Positions 6,654 to 16,365 of a DNA stretch of 50,133 nucleotides are shown piece after piece (positions within the stretch are counted from its first letter, which is position 1; the number at the start of each line of letters is the position of its first letter). Position numbers and translations under genes: made by a program. This stretch comes from a virus. Lineage: Duplodnaviria > Caudoviricetes. The stretch covers positions 1 to 50,133 of IMG/VR virus record IMGVR_UViG_3300038556_000041, one strand, 5' to 3'. Below the pieces are notes generated by a model. That model made no database searches. It had not been told where the DNA came from and worked only from the letters and a program-made list of their open reading frames with translations.

Positions 6654-9236
6654 TTAACGAATGATGCGCGCCGCCTGGAGGTCCGCAATAAGCGTCCCCA
6701 GCACCGAAGCCGTCTCGCCCACGGTTGCAGTATTGGGGTTGAAGGCGCGGTCTACCACCGGTGAGGTCACAGTGTAGGCCGGCAGGTTCTGCACGGTGTT
6801 GAAAAACCCGTTGAAGTGGTTGTCGTAGTTGCGCGTTACAGTGCCGTCAACGCGGAACGTCTTGGTCGTGGAAGACCCATACGTTTCCTTGATTTCCGAG
6901 AACACGACGCGCGGGTCGCTCGAATAAAGCAGGTGCGTCGAAAGCGGACTTGTCCCAGCCGTGAAAATGAACCCGTTCCCCCGAAAGAAGACGACCGGCG
7001 AAGACTGAAGATCAGGGATCTTCTGTGCATCGATAGGCGGGGAGATGACGATGGGCGTCCGCGTGTCATCGGTCGAAGCGCCAAGGCCGCAATCGACGAT
7101 GATGTTGTCTTCGATGAAGCTGTCGAAATCCAGACCGAGGACAACCAGGGCGCGGTCGCTCGCAAGCTTGATGGTGTTCCCCTTGACGACGCCGGAGAAG
7201 TCTTTCGCGTAGATGCCTTCGCCGCCAGAGCGGAAAATCCTGTTGTCTTCGATTACGGCATCGACCATGCGCTCAAGATTGAGGCCGCGCGATACATTGT
7301 CCGTGATCGTGTTGTCACGGATGACCATGTCGTTGATCCACGTGTTGAGGCCGAAGACGCTTTCCGTCTGAGCCGACCCGAGGCCGACGCCGGTATTACG
7401 GATGATGCAGCCCTCGATGAGGCCCCCGTTGCGGTAGTAACTTTCGTCCACCACCCAATTCGCCATGCTCGTGCCAGACGCCGTGTGAGCCACGACGCAG
7501 CGCCATGCGACACTGAAGCGGCGAACCTTGTCGCCAACGACATAGTTAGTTCCCGACACCCAAAGTGGCCACACGAAGCGGCCGGCATAGTTTTCGAGCT
7601 GGTTCTTGAAGGCGAACACAGGGGCGCTGTGCAGCGTCACCCCCTGGAGGCGAATGCCGTCAAGGTCGATGCCGTAAATGCAATGCTCGCCAAGGCCGGC
7701 AATCTCGCCGCCGGTGACCTCGAACCGACGCGTCATGACGGCCTGAACGCCGCTGGCAGAATTCCAGATGTGGCAGTTCTTGATTTCGACCTCGAAGACC
7801 CAGCCCTGCGTGTTGTCGTAAGGCTGGACGCTGACGCCGAAATTCGAACCGTTGTCGAAAGGATCGATAAAGTCGGGGCCGATGCCCTCGATATAGCTGT
7901 CGTGGACGAAAACCTTTTCCGTGCCGTGCCCGAAAATTGCATGGCCGGTATGGTCGCGCATCTGGACCGACTTACAAACAAGCTGTCCACACTCGCGCGC
8001 GTAGACGGCTGAAACGCCATTCCAGTTAACATCGTTGCCGTCGATGTCCACCCATTCGCCCGTCGCGCCGCCTCGCCCGTAGAAGCGCCCGCCGTTGACC
8101 TCGATAAGGCCGCAATCCTGAAACGACAGCGTGCGCGAGAAATTCGTCTGCTGGCGAAGCGCCGCCCCCGAAAGGTCGAGAACCGCATGTTCGATGTCGA
8201 AGAACTCTACGGCGGTCCCGGCGATGAGATATTCGCCGCTCGCATTGATGACGACGGAAGGCGAGGACGCGGCTCGATAGTTCGCCACTGCGGCAAGGGC
8301 TTCCCATGCCGCCGTATCGCCTGCCGCGTTGACGCCGATGCGGCCGAACTGTTCGGGGCGGAGGGCTTCGGCATGGTTGACATACCAAGCGCCATTCGCG
8401 TTCTGGAACGCCGCTCCGGCAACCAAGCCGGGGTCGCTCGCCACCTTGCGCCACTTCGCGCCCGACCCGCTCTGATAGGCGGTGTCGAAATAGGCGATGT
8501 CGTAATACTCAGGATCAACGGCAGGGTCGTCGGCAATGGCGAGCGCGAGCGTGGCCTTTGGCGCAGATACTGTGGCCGCTGCGGCGATGGCCTGATCCCG
8601 CGCCTCTTCCGCCGCTGTCTGTGCCGCTTCCGCCGCCGCGACAATCGCGGCGCTCGCCTGGTCGCTAATCAGTCGGAAGGTCGAACCCGACACATAACCG
8701 GCTACGATCACGCCAGCGGCGAGGCCACCAGGAGCGATATCGTTGCCCGAGTTCGTCTTGATTGTGAGCACGGTGCCGCCGTTGAACGACACGGTGACGG
8801 GCGAGCCAGCGTTCGCCTCGAAGATGTTCAGGGCCACCAGCGCCGACGACGAGACGGGAATGCTGCTCGACGCCTGGATCGCGTTGGGCGTACCAGCACC
8901 CGCGTCTGTCGCGCGGATGAAGCTGTAAGGCAGGTCGCCAACGCGCGACCACGACCCGGTGCCGCTCGAGCCGATCTTGCGGTAGATGCCATTGTTCGCC
9001 GCGACAGGGTCGGCGATGACCCACGCAAGGGTGTTGGCTACCCAGACGATATTCGCTTCGAGGTTCGCGCGTGTGTCGTAGATGGCGCTGGAGCCGGACG
9101 CCAGTCCGGCATCGCGAAACGCCTCAAGAGCAGTGCCCCACTCACGAATTTCAACCTTGCGCGGCTCATGTTTCCCAGATGCAGGGACGCCGTCAGTAGC
9201 GAAATCCCGAAAGATGACATCGGCGGCCTGCACCAT
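6654..9236 (-). CDS. Tailspike / polysaccharide depolymerase with right-handed beta-helix
   Basis: Phage N-terminal attachment region; GDTAAWEAL pectate-lyase-like start; many parallel beta-helix repeats (IRDNTITDN, IEDNRIFRS); last tail gene. Confidence 0.85.
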   Translation of the reverse strand: MVQAADVIFRDFATDGVPASGKHEPRKVEIREWGTALEAFRDAGLASGSSAIYDTRANLEANIVWVANTLAWVIADPVAANNGIYRKIGSSGTGSWSRVGDLPYSFIRATDAGAGTPNAIQASSSIPVSSSALVALNIFEANAGSPVTVSFNGGTVLTIKTNSGNDIAPGGLAAGVIVAGYVSGSTFRLISDQASAAIVAAAEAAQTAAEEARDQAIAAAATVSAPKATLALAIADDPAVDPEYYDIAYFDTAYQSGSGAKWRKVASDPGLVAGAAFQNANGAWYVNHAEALRPEQFGRIGVNAAGDTAAWEALAAVANYRAASSPSVVINASGEYLIAGTAVEFFDIEHAVLDLSGAALRQQTNFSRTLSFQDCGLIEVNGGRFYGRGGATGEWVDIDGNDVNWNGVSAVYARECGQLVCKSVQMRDHTGHAIFGHGTEKVFVHDSYIEGIGPDFIDPFDNGSNFGVSVQPYDNTQGWVFEVEIKNCHIWNSASGVQAVMTRRFEVTGGEIAGLGEHCIYGIDLDGIRLQGVTLHSAPVFAFKNQLENYAGRFVWPLWVSGTNYVVGDKVRRFSVAWRCVVAHTASGTSMANWVVDESYYRNGGLIEGCIIRNTGVGLGSAQTESVFGLNTWINDMVIRDNTITDNVSRGLNLERMVDAVIEDNRIFRSGGEGIYAKDFSGVVKGNTIKLASDRALVVLGLDFDSFIEDNIIVDCGLGASTDDTRTPIVISPPIDAQKIPDLQSSPVVFFRGNGFIFTAGTSPLSTHLLYSSDPRVVFSEIKETYGSSTTKTFRVDGTVTRNYDNHFNGFFNTVQNLPAYTVTSPVVDRAFNPNTATVGETASVLGTLIADLQAARIIR

Positions 9237-9298
9237 GCTTATTCTCCATGCATAAGCGCCCCGCCAAGGCAGGGTCGATGATTTGAAATCGAAGTGGA

Positions 9299-11074
9299 TC
9301 AGACGGGCGTGGTCGCGATCGTGCTGGCCGACCAGTTGCCGGGCCGGCCCTTTTCGGTCACCCAGCGGAGCTGGAACTCGTAGGCCGTATCGGCAGCTAG
9401 GCTTTCGATGACGAGGCCGGTCGCATCCTGCGGCAGCCCGGTGATCGTGAACCAGTCGCTCGACGCAGTTGGCTTGTAACGCGCTTGGTAGGACAGGAGG
9501 ACCGAGGGCGACGGAGAGAAGGACAATTCAGCATCGTCACCGACGAAATCGACTGTCGGCGGCGCAGGGGTCGGAACGCCGTCCTCGCTGTCCGCCTCGT
9601 CCATGACGGGCGCGGTGCCCTCCTGCGAACTGTCCCACTGGCTGGACGCCGCCGGCATCGACTGCATCTGCAACGTGACACCGGTCAGGATGCCCCCCTC
9701 GCCGATGATGAACCGCAGATCCTGCACCTCGAACACGCTGTTGATGCCGAAGAGAGGATACTGGATGCGAACGAAACGCTTGCCGATCGCGGCAAGGGCG
9801 CGAAGGTTGCACTGGAACGTGCCGACCCAGTTCGGATTTGCGCGATACGCGGCAAGCTTCATCAGACGGCGCGCCTGGCCGTGCGATGGCGCCATGTGGA
9901 ACTGCACATCCGACGAGATTTCCCCGCGCTCGCTGACATCCGCCTCGTCGACCCACGGATCGGCATCGGCGGCCTGATAGTCCTGAGCTGGCTCCAGATA
10001 GGTGGCGCGGATCGTGTTCGCCGTCGACAGGACGTCCCGCCCGCGGCCGAGCTCGGAAAACCCCGTGATCGTCTCCGGCCCGATGACGACGGTCGGCTCT
10101 TCCCATGTCCCGATATCGAGCGTCAGTCCGCCATCCGGTGTGGGCACAAGACGACCGTCGCACGACTGTAGCATCCGGCCCAGGACGTCTGCGGGCCGCT
10201 CGCTGAGTTGGTAGGAGCCCCAAAGGCGATAGCGCGGTTCTGTCCCGCCGGCGGCAAGCGCGATCGCCTCGTCGGCGCGCGAGAACGCCGTTGCCCAGCC
10301 CGAAAGCGCGAGCGGCGTGTCGAGCACGGCAGACGGCAGGCGAAGCCCATCCTGATGGCCCATGTAGTCGTAGATCACCGACGCGGCGTTATCGCCCCAC
10401 TCCAGCGCCCCGCCGCCGATCGGCACCAGCTTTGCCCCGCGCATGACGACGCGATAGCTGGTATTGATCCCGTTCGGGAACAGCGACAGGAAATAGTCGC
10501 TTCCGACCGCGCGCTGTGTGATGAAAAGCGAGGCGACGCCGTCTCCCCGATGATCCGCCGTCCATTGCGGGAATGTGCCCGAAAGGGCGCCATAGGCGGT
10601 CTCGACGGCTTGCCCCAGTCGATACTGCACCCGCACCAGCGGCGATGAGCCGGAGATCCATGTGCCCTGCTGGATTTCGCCGCCGGCATCGAATGTGACG
10701 AGATTGTCGTCCAGCCAGAATTCCTCGATGCCGTCGATCGGCCCCTGCCCGAGCGCGATCACCTTGTAGAAGTTGCCCGCCGACGAGGCCGCGAAGACCC
10801 AGGGGCCTGATGCCTTGATCCGTCCATAGTGACGGACCCGCGGCGCCGTCGCCTGCCGGAATGACGTCTGCACGTCTTCCGGCTTCGGCGCCGAGGGACG
10901 AAACAGCGACTGGGCGAGGAAGTTGAGGCCGACCGAAAGCCCGAGATTTATAAGCGCGCCGCCGAGCGCTGTCCCACCTAGGATGGTCAACGCCCCGAGC
11001 GCGGACTGGAGCGCGACGCCAACGGCCGACGAGCCGAGCGTTGCCGCGATGAGGCCGGAAACTGCTACGGGCAT
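9299..11074 (-). CDS. Central tail/baseplate hub protein (lambda J-like) with C-terminal FN3 domain
   Basis: RVRHYGR, DNAASVIYDYM and LAADTAYEFQLRWV (FN3) motifs; position in the tail module. Confidence 0.8.
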   Translation of the reverse strand: MPVAVSGLIAATLGSSAVGVALQSALGALTILGGTALGGALINLGLSVGLNFLAQSLFRPSAPKPEDVQTSFRQATAPRVRHYGRIKASGPWVFAASSAGNFYKVIALGQGPIDGIEEFWLDDNLVTFDAGGEIQQGTWISGSSPLVRVQYRLGQAVETAYGALSGTFPQWTADHRGDGVASLFITQRAVGSDYFLSLFPNGINTSYRVVMRGAKLVPIGGGALEWGDNAASVIYDYMGHQDGLRLPSAVLDTPLALSGWATAFSRADEAIALAAGGTEPRYRLWGSYQLSERPADVLGRMLQSCDGRLVPTPDGGLTLDIGTWEEPTVVIGPETITGFSELGRGRDVLSTANTIRATYLEPAQDYQAADADPWVDEADVSERGEISSDVQFHMAPSHGQARRLMKLAAYRANPNWVGTFQCNLRALAAIGKRFVRIQYPLFGINSVFEVQDLRFIIGEGGILTGVTLQMQSMPAASSQWDSSQEGTAPVMDEADSEDGVPTPAPPTVDFVGDDAELSFSPSPSVLLSYQARYKPTASSDWFTITGLPQDATGLVIESLAADTAYEFQLRWVTEKGRPGNWSASTIATTPV

Positions 11075-11461
11075 CTAGACCTTCCAGGCTTTCCAGACGC
11101 TGCCGAGCGGCGCGCCGATGAAGCCGTTCTCGTCGCGGCTGAACCAGATATCGCCAGCGCAGATCGCCATGCAGAGCTTGCCGGCGTGAAACACCAGGCC
11201 AACGTCGCCGGCCTGCGGCTCCTCCGTCTTGGAGAAGCCGCCGGCGCGCATGACGCGATTGACGGCCACCGCAATGCTCCCTGGCTCGGAGAGCCAATGA
11301 GCGGCGTCCTGCGGCCCGCTGTGCTGCCGTCCGAATCGGGCCATGGGCGAGAACCCGCGCATGGAGCGAACCCACCTGTCGGCTGTCGTGGCGCAGTCGG
11401 TCTCGCCCCACCGGAACGGCTTTCCCATTTCGGCGGTGATGAACTGCTGGAGCGCGCGCAT
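11075..11461 (-). CDS. Tail assembly protein, NlpC/P60-like (lambda K-like)
   Basis: PFRWGETDC motif, GDVG; ATG at 11461 overlaps the upstream stop. Confidence 0.75.
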   Translation of the reverse strand: MRALQQFITAEMGKPFRWGETDCATTADRWVRSMRGFSPMARFGRQHSGPQDAAHWLSEPGSIAVAVNRVMRAGGFSKTEEPQAGDVGLVFHAGKLCMAICAGDIWFSRDENGFIGAPLGSVWKAWKV

Positions 11462-12054
11462 CAGTAGTCCGGATAGGGGAACGTCGCGTAGAGCAGCGAC
11501 GGCGTGAACTGGAAGAACTTGTCCCCCGGCGACCGTTTCTGCTGGTCGCGGTCGGTGTAGCGGCCGTTCGGCGGCCTGCTGCGGTTGAAGAAGGCGTTCT
11601 CGGCCGTCACGCTGATGGTCTGGATCGCGCCGTCGATGCCGTCCATCGGCGTGCGAGTCACGCGCGGCGGCTGCATGAAACCCCACCAGAACAGGATCGG
11701 GCTGCCGACATTCTGCCATTCGTCGTCGAAGAGCTGGATGAAGATCTTGCACAATCGCTGGCTGACCTCCGGCGATTCCTCGAGCGCGAGTGCCAGGAGA
11801 TCGGTCGCGCTGTCCGGCACGCCGCTCAGTGTCATCGTGACCGCGTCCGAGGCCGTGCCGGTCACGACGCTCAGCCCGTCGATCGTCGCGCGGCCATGCG
11901 TCGGCTGCCAGTCGTGCCCCATCGTCGTCAGGACCGTGTTGCCTTCCCAGAGCCGAACGGTGTCGGTGTCGAATGCCATCTCGACAAGAAGGCTGAACCG
12001 CACGGTCGAATTGCTGAGGTGCGCGATCTGCGCCGATGTGAAGAAGTCCGCCAT
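11461..12054 (-). CDS. Minor tail tip protein (lambda L-like)
   Basis: RYTDRDQQKRSPGDKFFQF motif; position in the tail tip module. Confidence 0.7.
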   Translation of the reverse strand: MADFFTSAQIAHLSNSTVRFSLLVEMAFDTDTVRLWEGNTVLTTMGHDWQPTHGRATIDGLSVVTGTASDAVTMTLSGVPDSATDLLALALEESPEVSQRLCKIFIQLFDDEWQNVGSPILFWWGFMQPPRVTRTPMDGIDGAIQTISVTAENAFFNRSRPPNGRYTDRDQQKRSPGDKFFQFTPSLLYATFPYPDY

Positions 12055-12731
12055 CACACGTCCTCGACGAAGTTGACAGTCGGAAAGCTCCACCTTCCAA
12101 TTTCAAGCGGAAGGTCCATGGCATTGTCGACGGCCAATTTCATTCGGCAAATGGGAGCATCAAACTCCAGCCGGTCGCCGAGGCTTGCTGCCTCGCGCAG
12201 CGGCGGACGGAATGTGATCGTCGCTGCCGTGTCGCTCGTGTAGGTCACCGAGCGGACACGGTACAGGCGTTCTCCCAGCGAGAAGTGTTGCCCAGGCTCC
12301 AGTGTCCCGCCATAGGCAATGCTGATGTTCGCCGTCGTCGCGCGAGCAGCAACAGAACCCGCAAGCGTCACGCTATTGACGGAACCGACATAGCCGGAAC
12401 CATCACCGAAGAATGCACCATCCGAGTGCGGAATCGGCTCGACGTCCCCATTCTCATCCTCGATCCATGCCGGTTGGTAAAACCGCGTGACAGGAACGAG
12501 AATAGGGTTCAAGCGCCCTTCCAAGAGCCCGCTTATGCCGCGCCACGCGAGAATCCTGGCGCGATCGACCACAGCAACTTCTTGGTATGTGACCTTCCAG
12601 ATTCCAGCATCTGACGACACAACCTGGACCGCCCCTGAAATCGCGACAGCGCCGGACAGTGACCTGGAGGCGATATCGACGGAGATGTGCTGAGGCATCA
12701 GCACCTCGAAAGGCCAGAGAACCGTCGCCAT
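12054..12731 (-). CDS. Distal tail (Dit-like) protein
   Basis: Directly follows the tape measure gene; ITFRPPLR motif. Confidence 0.65.
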   Translation of the reverse strand: MATVLWPFEVLMPQHISVDIASRSLSGAVAISGAVQVVSSDAGIWKVTYQEVAVVDRARILAWRGISGLLEGRLNPILVPVTRFYQPAWIEDENGDVEPIPHSDGAFFGDGSGYVGSVNSVTLAGSVAARATTANISIAYGGTLEPGQHFSLGERLYRVRSVTYTSDTAATITFRPPLREAASLGDRLEFDAPICRMKLAVDNAMDLPLEIGRWSFPTVNFVEDV

Positions 12732-14909
12732 TTACATGGTCCGCGTCTGAGCGTTGGCGATCATCCCGGGAAGCCCCTGCTTGACGGCGCGGGTGCTTCG
12801 CTCGACCGAGATCTGCACGATCATTCCTGCCGATGTTTGGATCCTCTGGTCCGCAATCTGTGCCATGCGTCCGCTATCGTCCTGCAGCACGATACGCACC
12901 ACATCGCTTGACGATCGGCTCCCATTCGCAGGGCTATTGATTCGCGGGGTACTTCCATCGACATAGCCGCCTTCCGCGTAGCCCTTGGCACGACGATGCG
13001 CGCGATCGAGATTGCTTACTCCGAGTGCCCTAACAGCGGCGGCGCTGAACACATATTCGCCTTTGTGGACGATGCCGGCTGGCTGATATTTTTCTCCGGG
13101 CCCGGTATAGCCACCGCCAGCGAAGCCGAAGAATTTGCCGATCGAGCCGAAGATGCCACCCAGGAATCCACCACCCCCACCTGCGCCCCCGGAACCGGCT
13201 TTGTTGACCTGGAAGATGGCGTCGAGAACATCGTCCAGCAGCTTGTCGACCACCTTGTCGAGCGCGTTGAGAGCCGCATTGGCGAACGATCGAAAGAACC
13301 CCTCGCCGTTCTGCAATCCCTGACGCAGATCGGTGATGAACCCCTTGGTGACGCCCTTTGCGAAGTCTGCCGCGGCCTGCGCGGCGTTGAGCGTTTCATC
13401 GGCGAGCTTCTTGACCCCGCGATCGGCCGCTTCCTTTGCAGCACGCCCCGCCCCGCCAGCCGCATCCTCGACCGTCGTAAGCGACCCAGCAAGGTCGCGC
13501 AGCATGCCTGCGGCCTCCGAGGCGCCGCTTGTGACCGCCGCGCCGATCTCGCCGACGTAGTCCCTCCCTTGCGCCGCCCGGAACGCATCGGTCGCGGCGC
13601 CTGCCGCCCCTGCCGCGCTACCGGCATATGGATTCGTCACGCCAAGGCTCGGGATGGTCTTCGCTGGCGCGCCAAGGTCAGGGATCTGGATATCCACACC
13701 TGCCCCGCGCAGGCCGCCGTTGATGCTGGCGATGAGCCCATTGATGATCGACACGGCCTCGCGCGCCATCCACGTGATGCCCTCAAGGAACTTGTTCGCG
13801 GCCTGATAGCCGAGATCGCCCATGGCAGCGGGCAGCATCGACCAGGTCGCGCGGATCGCCTCGAATGCGCCGACGAAGACGCCGATGATCAGGTTGGCGG
13901 CATTCTTGGCGTCTTCGACGATGTCGCGGCCAAAGATTTGCGCGAGCTCGTCGCGGAAGATGTTCGCCGCAGCGACCATGGCCGTGACCGCGAGCACGAA
14001 CGCTGCCGCCGGATTCGCGAGCGCAAGGCTCGCCGCTGCCGTGAGCGCCGCGACCGTCATCCGGGCCAGAATCGCGATCACGCTGACGATGCCTCCGATG
14101 ATCGCCGGCGCGTAGAGCAGCGCCAGCCCCGCAGCCGCCATCGTCGCATACGGTGCGATCACCTCCAAGCTGTCGGCCATCAGGTTCAGCGCCCATGCCG
14201 CAGCCGCCGGCCAGTCGACCATCTGCAGGCCGACGGCTGCAAGCGCAGTCAAGCCGGTCGTGGCGATCGACAGGGGAGACAGGAGCGAAAGAAATGCTTC
14301 TTTCAGGACGCTCGTCGCAGTGCCGCCCCCTTGCAGAGCGAATTCCATCTGACCGGCAATCTGCGTGCCCTGCTGGAGCGCGATGATCATGGGGTTCATG
14401 CCCATCGCGGCCGTGACGCCGATGTCCTGAAATTGGCTCGCTAGACCTGAGAAACTGCTGCCCATGCGCCGCGTGTTGTCATTCACGGCAGCGGAATGAA
14501 CCTTCATTGCCCCAGCGGCTTGCATGGCGGCCGCACCTTCACGCTGGAGGGCAGACGCGGCGGCTTGCGCAGCACCCGCTGACGCACTCGATGCTGCTAC
14601 TCTGTCACGGTCGGCCCTTGCGACCGCGAGGTTAGCCGCAGCGAGTTGCTTTGCAGAAGCCATCGCCTTTAGGTCAGCGGCGGAAGCGGAGCCGGATGCT
14701 TTCGCCACAGCAAGCGCGGCCGCGGCTTGAGTATAGGCGGCGCGAGCGCTTGCTACGTGCGACGCAGCAGCGGCTCTCGTAGCCCCCGCCATTCCAGATG
14801 CAGCCTGATCGGCAACACGCGCAGCACCCGCGAATTTATGGAGCGAGGCAGTGCCTCTGTCGACCTGATCGGATTGGATTTCCAACCCGAGTTTGGCGAT
14901 GTCTGCCAT
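12732..14909 (-). CDS. Tail tape measure protein
   Basis: Ala-rich; QFQDIGVT...IALQQGTQI and FAGGGYTG...AGIVHKGEYVF motifs of lambda-type TMPs. Confidence 0.92.
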   Translation of the reverse strand: MADIAKLGLEIQSDQVDRGTASLHKFAGAARVADQAASGMAGATRAAAASHVASARAAYTQAAAALAVAKASGSASAADLKAMASAKQLAAANLAVARADRDRVAASSASAGAAQAAASALQREGAAAMQAAGAMKVHSAAVNDNTRRMGSSFSGLASQFQDIGVTAAMGMNPMIIALQQGTQIAGQMEFALQGGGTATSVLKEAFLSLLSPLSIATTGLTALAAVGLQMVDWPAAAAWALNLMADSLEVIAPYATMAAAGLALLYAPAIIGGIVSVIAILARMTVAALTAAASLALANPAAAFVLAVTAMVAAANIFRDELAQIFGRDIVEDAKNAANLIIGVFVGAFEAIRATWSMLPAAMGDLGYQAANKFLEGITWMAREAVSIINGLIASINGGLRGAGVDIQIPDLGAPAKTIPSLGVTNPYAGSAAGAAGAATDAFRAAQGRDYVGEIGAAVTSGASEAAGMLRDLAGSLTTVEDAAGGAGRAAKEAADRGVKKLADETLNAAQAAADFAKGVTKGFITDLRQGLQNGEGFFRSFANAALNALDKVVDKLLDDVLDAIFQVNKAGSGGAGGGGGFLGGIFGSIGKFFGFAGGGYTGPGEKYQPAGIVHKGEYVFSAAAVRALGVSNLDRAHRRAKGYAEGGYVDGSTPRINSPANGSRSSSDVVRIVLQDDSGRMAQIADQRIQTSAGMIVQISVERSTRAVKQGLPGMIANAQTRTM

Positions 14910-14919
14910 GGTCAATTCC

Positions 14920-15023
14920 TTGAAATTCAAGTGAATTGAGCCTATAGACGATCGAGGCCGAGCGGTGCGCTAACACCGGCATCGGCCTCTAACCAAGCCA
15001 ACCTGATGCGAGGTCGAAATGGC
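14920..15023 (+). promoter_or_regulatory. Promoter (TTGAAA-N17-TATAGA) and structured 5' leader of the HNH gene
   Basis: -35 at 14920-14925, -10 at 14943-14948; hairpin GAGGCCGA/TCGGCCTC with inner CGGTG/CACCG; second stem AGCCA-ACCT...AGGT-TGGCT covers the RBS and start codon. Confidence 0.5.
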
Positions 15024-15600
15024 TATTTCTCGTCTATGCTCGATTCCTAATTGCGGCAAGGGCGGCAGGATCACGCGCGGCCTGTGCAGCGCCCACTATC
15101 ATCGTCTTTGTCGACATGGTGATCCGCTTGGGGGCGGTACGTCCCATGGCGATTTGCTTGCATGGATAACAGCCCATGCATCCTATGAGGGTGACGACTG
15201 CCTCAAATGGCCCTTCAACGACCACCCTGCCGGCCCTGGCGCGACTTACATTGACGGCAAGAAGGTCAAGGTCACACGCGTCATGTGCGAACTTGCGCAC
15301 GGCCCCGCACCGTCGCCTGACCACGAAGCAGCGCACTCTTGCGGCAAAGCACACGAGGGCTGCATCCATCCTGGCCATCTGCGCTGGGATACCCACAAAG
15401 GCAACCACGAAGACCGAATCGATCACGACACCGCCAACCGTGGCGAGACAAATGGACAGGCCCGCCTGACCTCCGATGATGTCCTTGCGATCCGCGCCAT
15501 GAGCGAAGATTTCACCCAGACAGTCATCGCGGCCAAGTTTGGTGTGTCCCGACAAACCATCAGCGACATTCAGCGCCGGCGAAGGTGGCATTGGCTGTGA
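15019..15600 (+). CDS. HNH (His-Me finger) homing-type endonuclease with C-terminal HTH
   Basis: N-terminal C-C...C..HY motif; DCLKWP; HEAAHSCG...CIHPGHLRWDTHKGN; C-terminal IAAKFGVSRQTISDI; opposite strand to the tail operon. Confidence 0.88.
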   Translation: MAISRLCSIPNCGKGGRITRGLCSAHYHRLCRHGDPLGGGTSHGDLLAWITAHASYEGDDCLKWPFNDHPAGPGATYIDGKKVKVTRVMCELAHGPAPSPDHEAAHSCGKAHEGCIHPGHLRWDTHKGNHEDRIDHDTANRGETNGQARLTSDDVLAIRAMSEDFTQTVIAAKFGVSRQTISDIQRRRRWHWL

Positions 15601-15607
15601 CTGACGA

Positions 15608-15982
15608 CTAACCCTTCTTCTTGGCCCCAAGGCCGCGCATGAAGCCGACAACCCCGGCCCCGTCACTGACGGCAACCTCGGCCTTCGGCTGGTCTTTCGG
15701 GCTCGTCTTCGACTTCTTGTCGATCGATGCCATCTGGACGCGGTAGAGCATCCGCAGCATGTCGACCTCGAACGGATCCGGCTCGGCGCCGGTCAGGCGG
15801 GCGAACGCCTCGATCTCGCCATGGAAGGCGATCCCGCCCATGCCGCCGAAGCCGACGGAGATATCGAGATACCAGTCCCAGATGTGCGCGGTGGCGTCGG
15901 GCGGCTCCAGATCGGCGCCGCCCTTCGCAAACTTGGCCTCGGCAAACTCGATCAGGTCGTTTGCGAGGCCGTCAGAAAACCC
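15608..15982 (-). CDS. Tail assembly chaperone C-terminal part (gpT-like), expressed by -1 frameshift from the upstream gene
   Basis: Frame is entered at G-GGT-TTT; HIWDWYLDIS...EIEAFARLTG...PFEVDML is typical of gpT-like domains. Confidence 0.75.
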   Translation of the reverse strand, partial: GFSDGLANDLIEFAEAKFAKGGADLEPPDATAHIWDWYLDISVGFGGMGGIAFHGEIEAFARLTGAEPDPFEVDMLRMLYRVQMASIDKKSKTSPKDQPKAEVAVSDGAGVVGFMRGLGAKKKG

Positions 15983-16365
15983 TGAGCGTCTTCGGCGGCC
16001 TTGTCGATCTGCTCGCCGATGAACCAGAGGTCGGGATTGGTCAGGACGGCGCGGACGTTCTCGGGCGTGCACGGCAGTTCCTTGCCGTCGCGCTCGAAAC
16101 CCTCCCACGAGATCACGGCCGCAACCATGATGTCGTGCGCCTTCTCCTCGACCTCCTCGACCGTGGCCGCCTTCTTCGGGTTGCGCCGCTGCTCGCGCAT
16201 GGCGGTATTCGCCAGCTTGCGCTGCAGCTTTTTGACCCGCTCGGACTGGTAGGAGGCGATCCGCACCTTGAGGCCGAGCTTCTCGCCGGTCGCCGGATGA
16301 CGGATTTCGACCTCCTGCCCCTCGTCGAAGGTCTTGGCGAGGCCATCGAATTTCGCGAGATCCAT
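15952..16365 (-). CDS. Tail assembly chaperone (gpG-like)
   Basis: Between tail tube and TMP; IRHPATGE, ISWEGF...ELPCTPEN motifs. Confidence 0.85.
   Translation of the reverse strand: MDLAKFDGLAKTFDEGQEVEIRHPATGEKLGLKVRIASYQSERVKKLQRKLANTAMREQRRNPKKAATVEEVEEKAHDIMVAAVISWEGFERDGKELPCTPENVRAVLTNPDLWFIGEQIDKAAEDAQGFLTASQTT
15976..15982 (-). other. Programmed -1 ribosomal frameshift slippery site GGGTTTT
   Basis: X-XXY-YYZ heptamer in the correct frame (CAG GGT TTT CTG) near the end of gpG; the -1 frame gives GFSDGLANDLIEF. Confidence 0.85.

Noticed and set aside
6654-9236. Diversity-generating retroelement or invertible tail-fibre system
   Set aside because: No reverse transcriptase, TR/VR pair or invertase seen.
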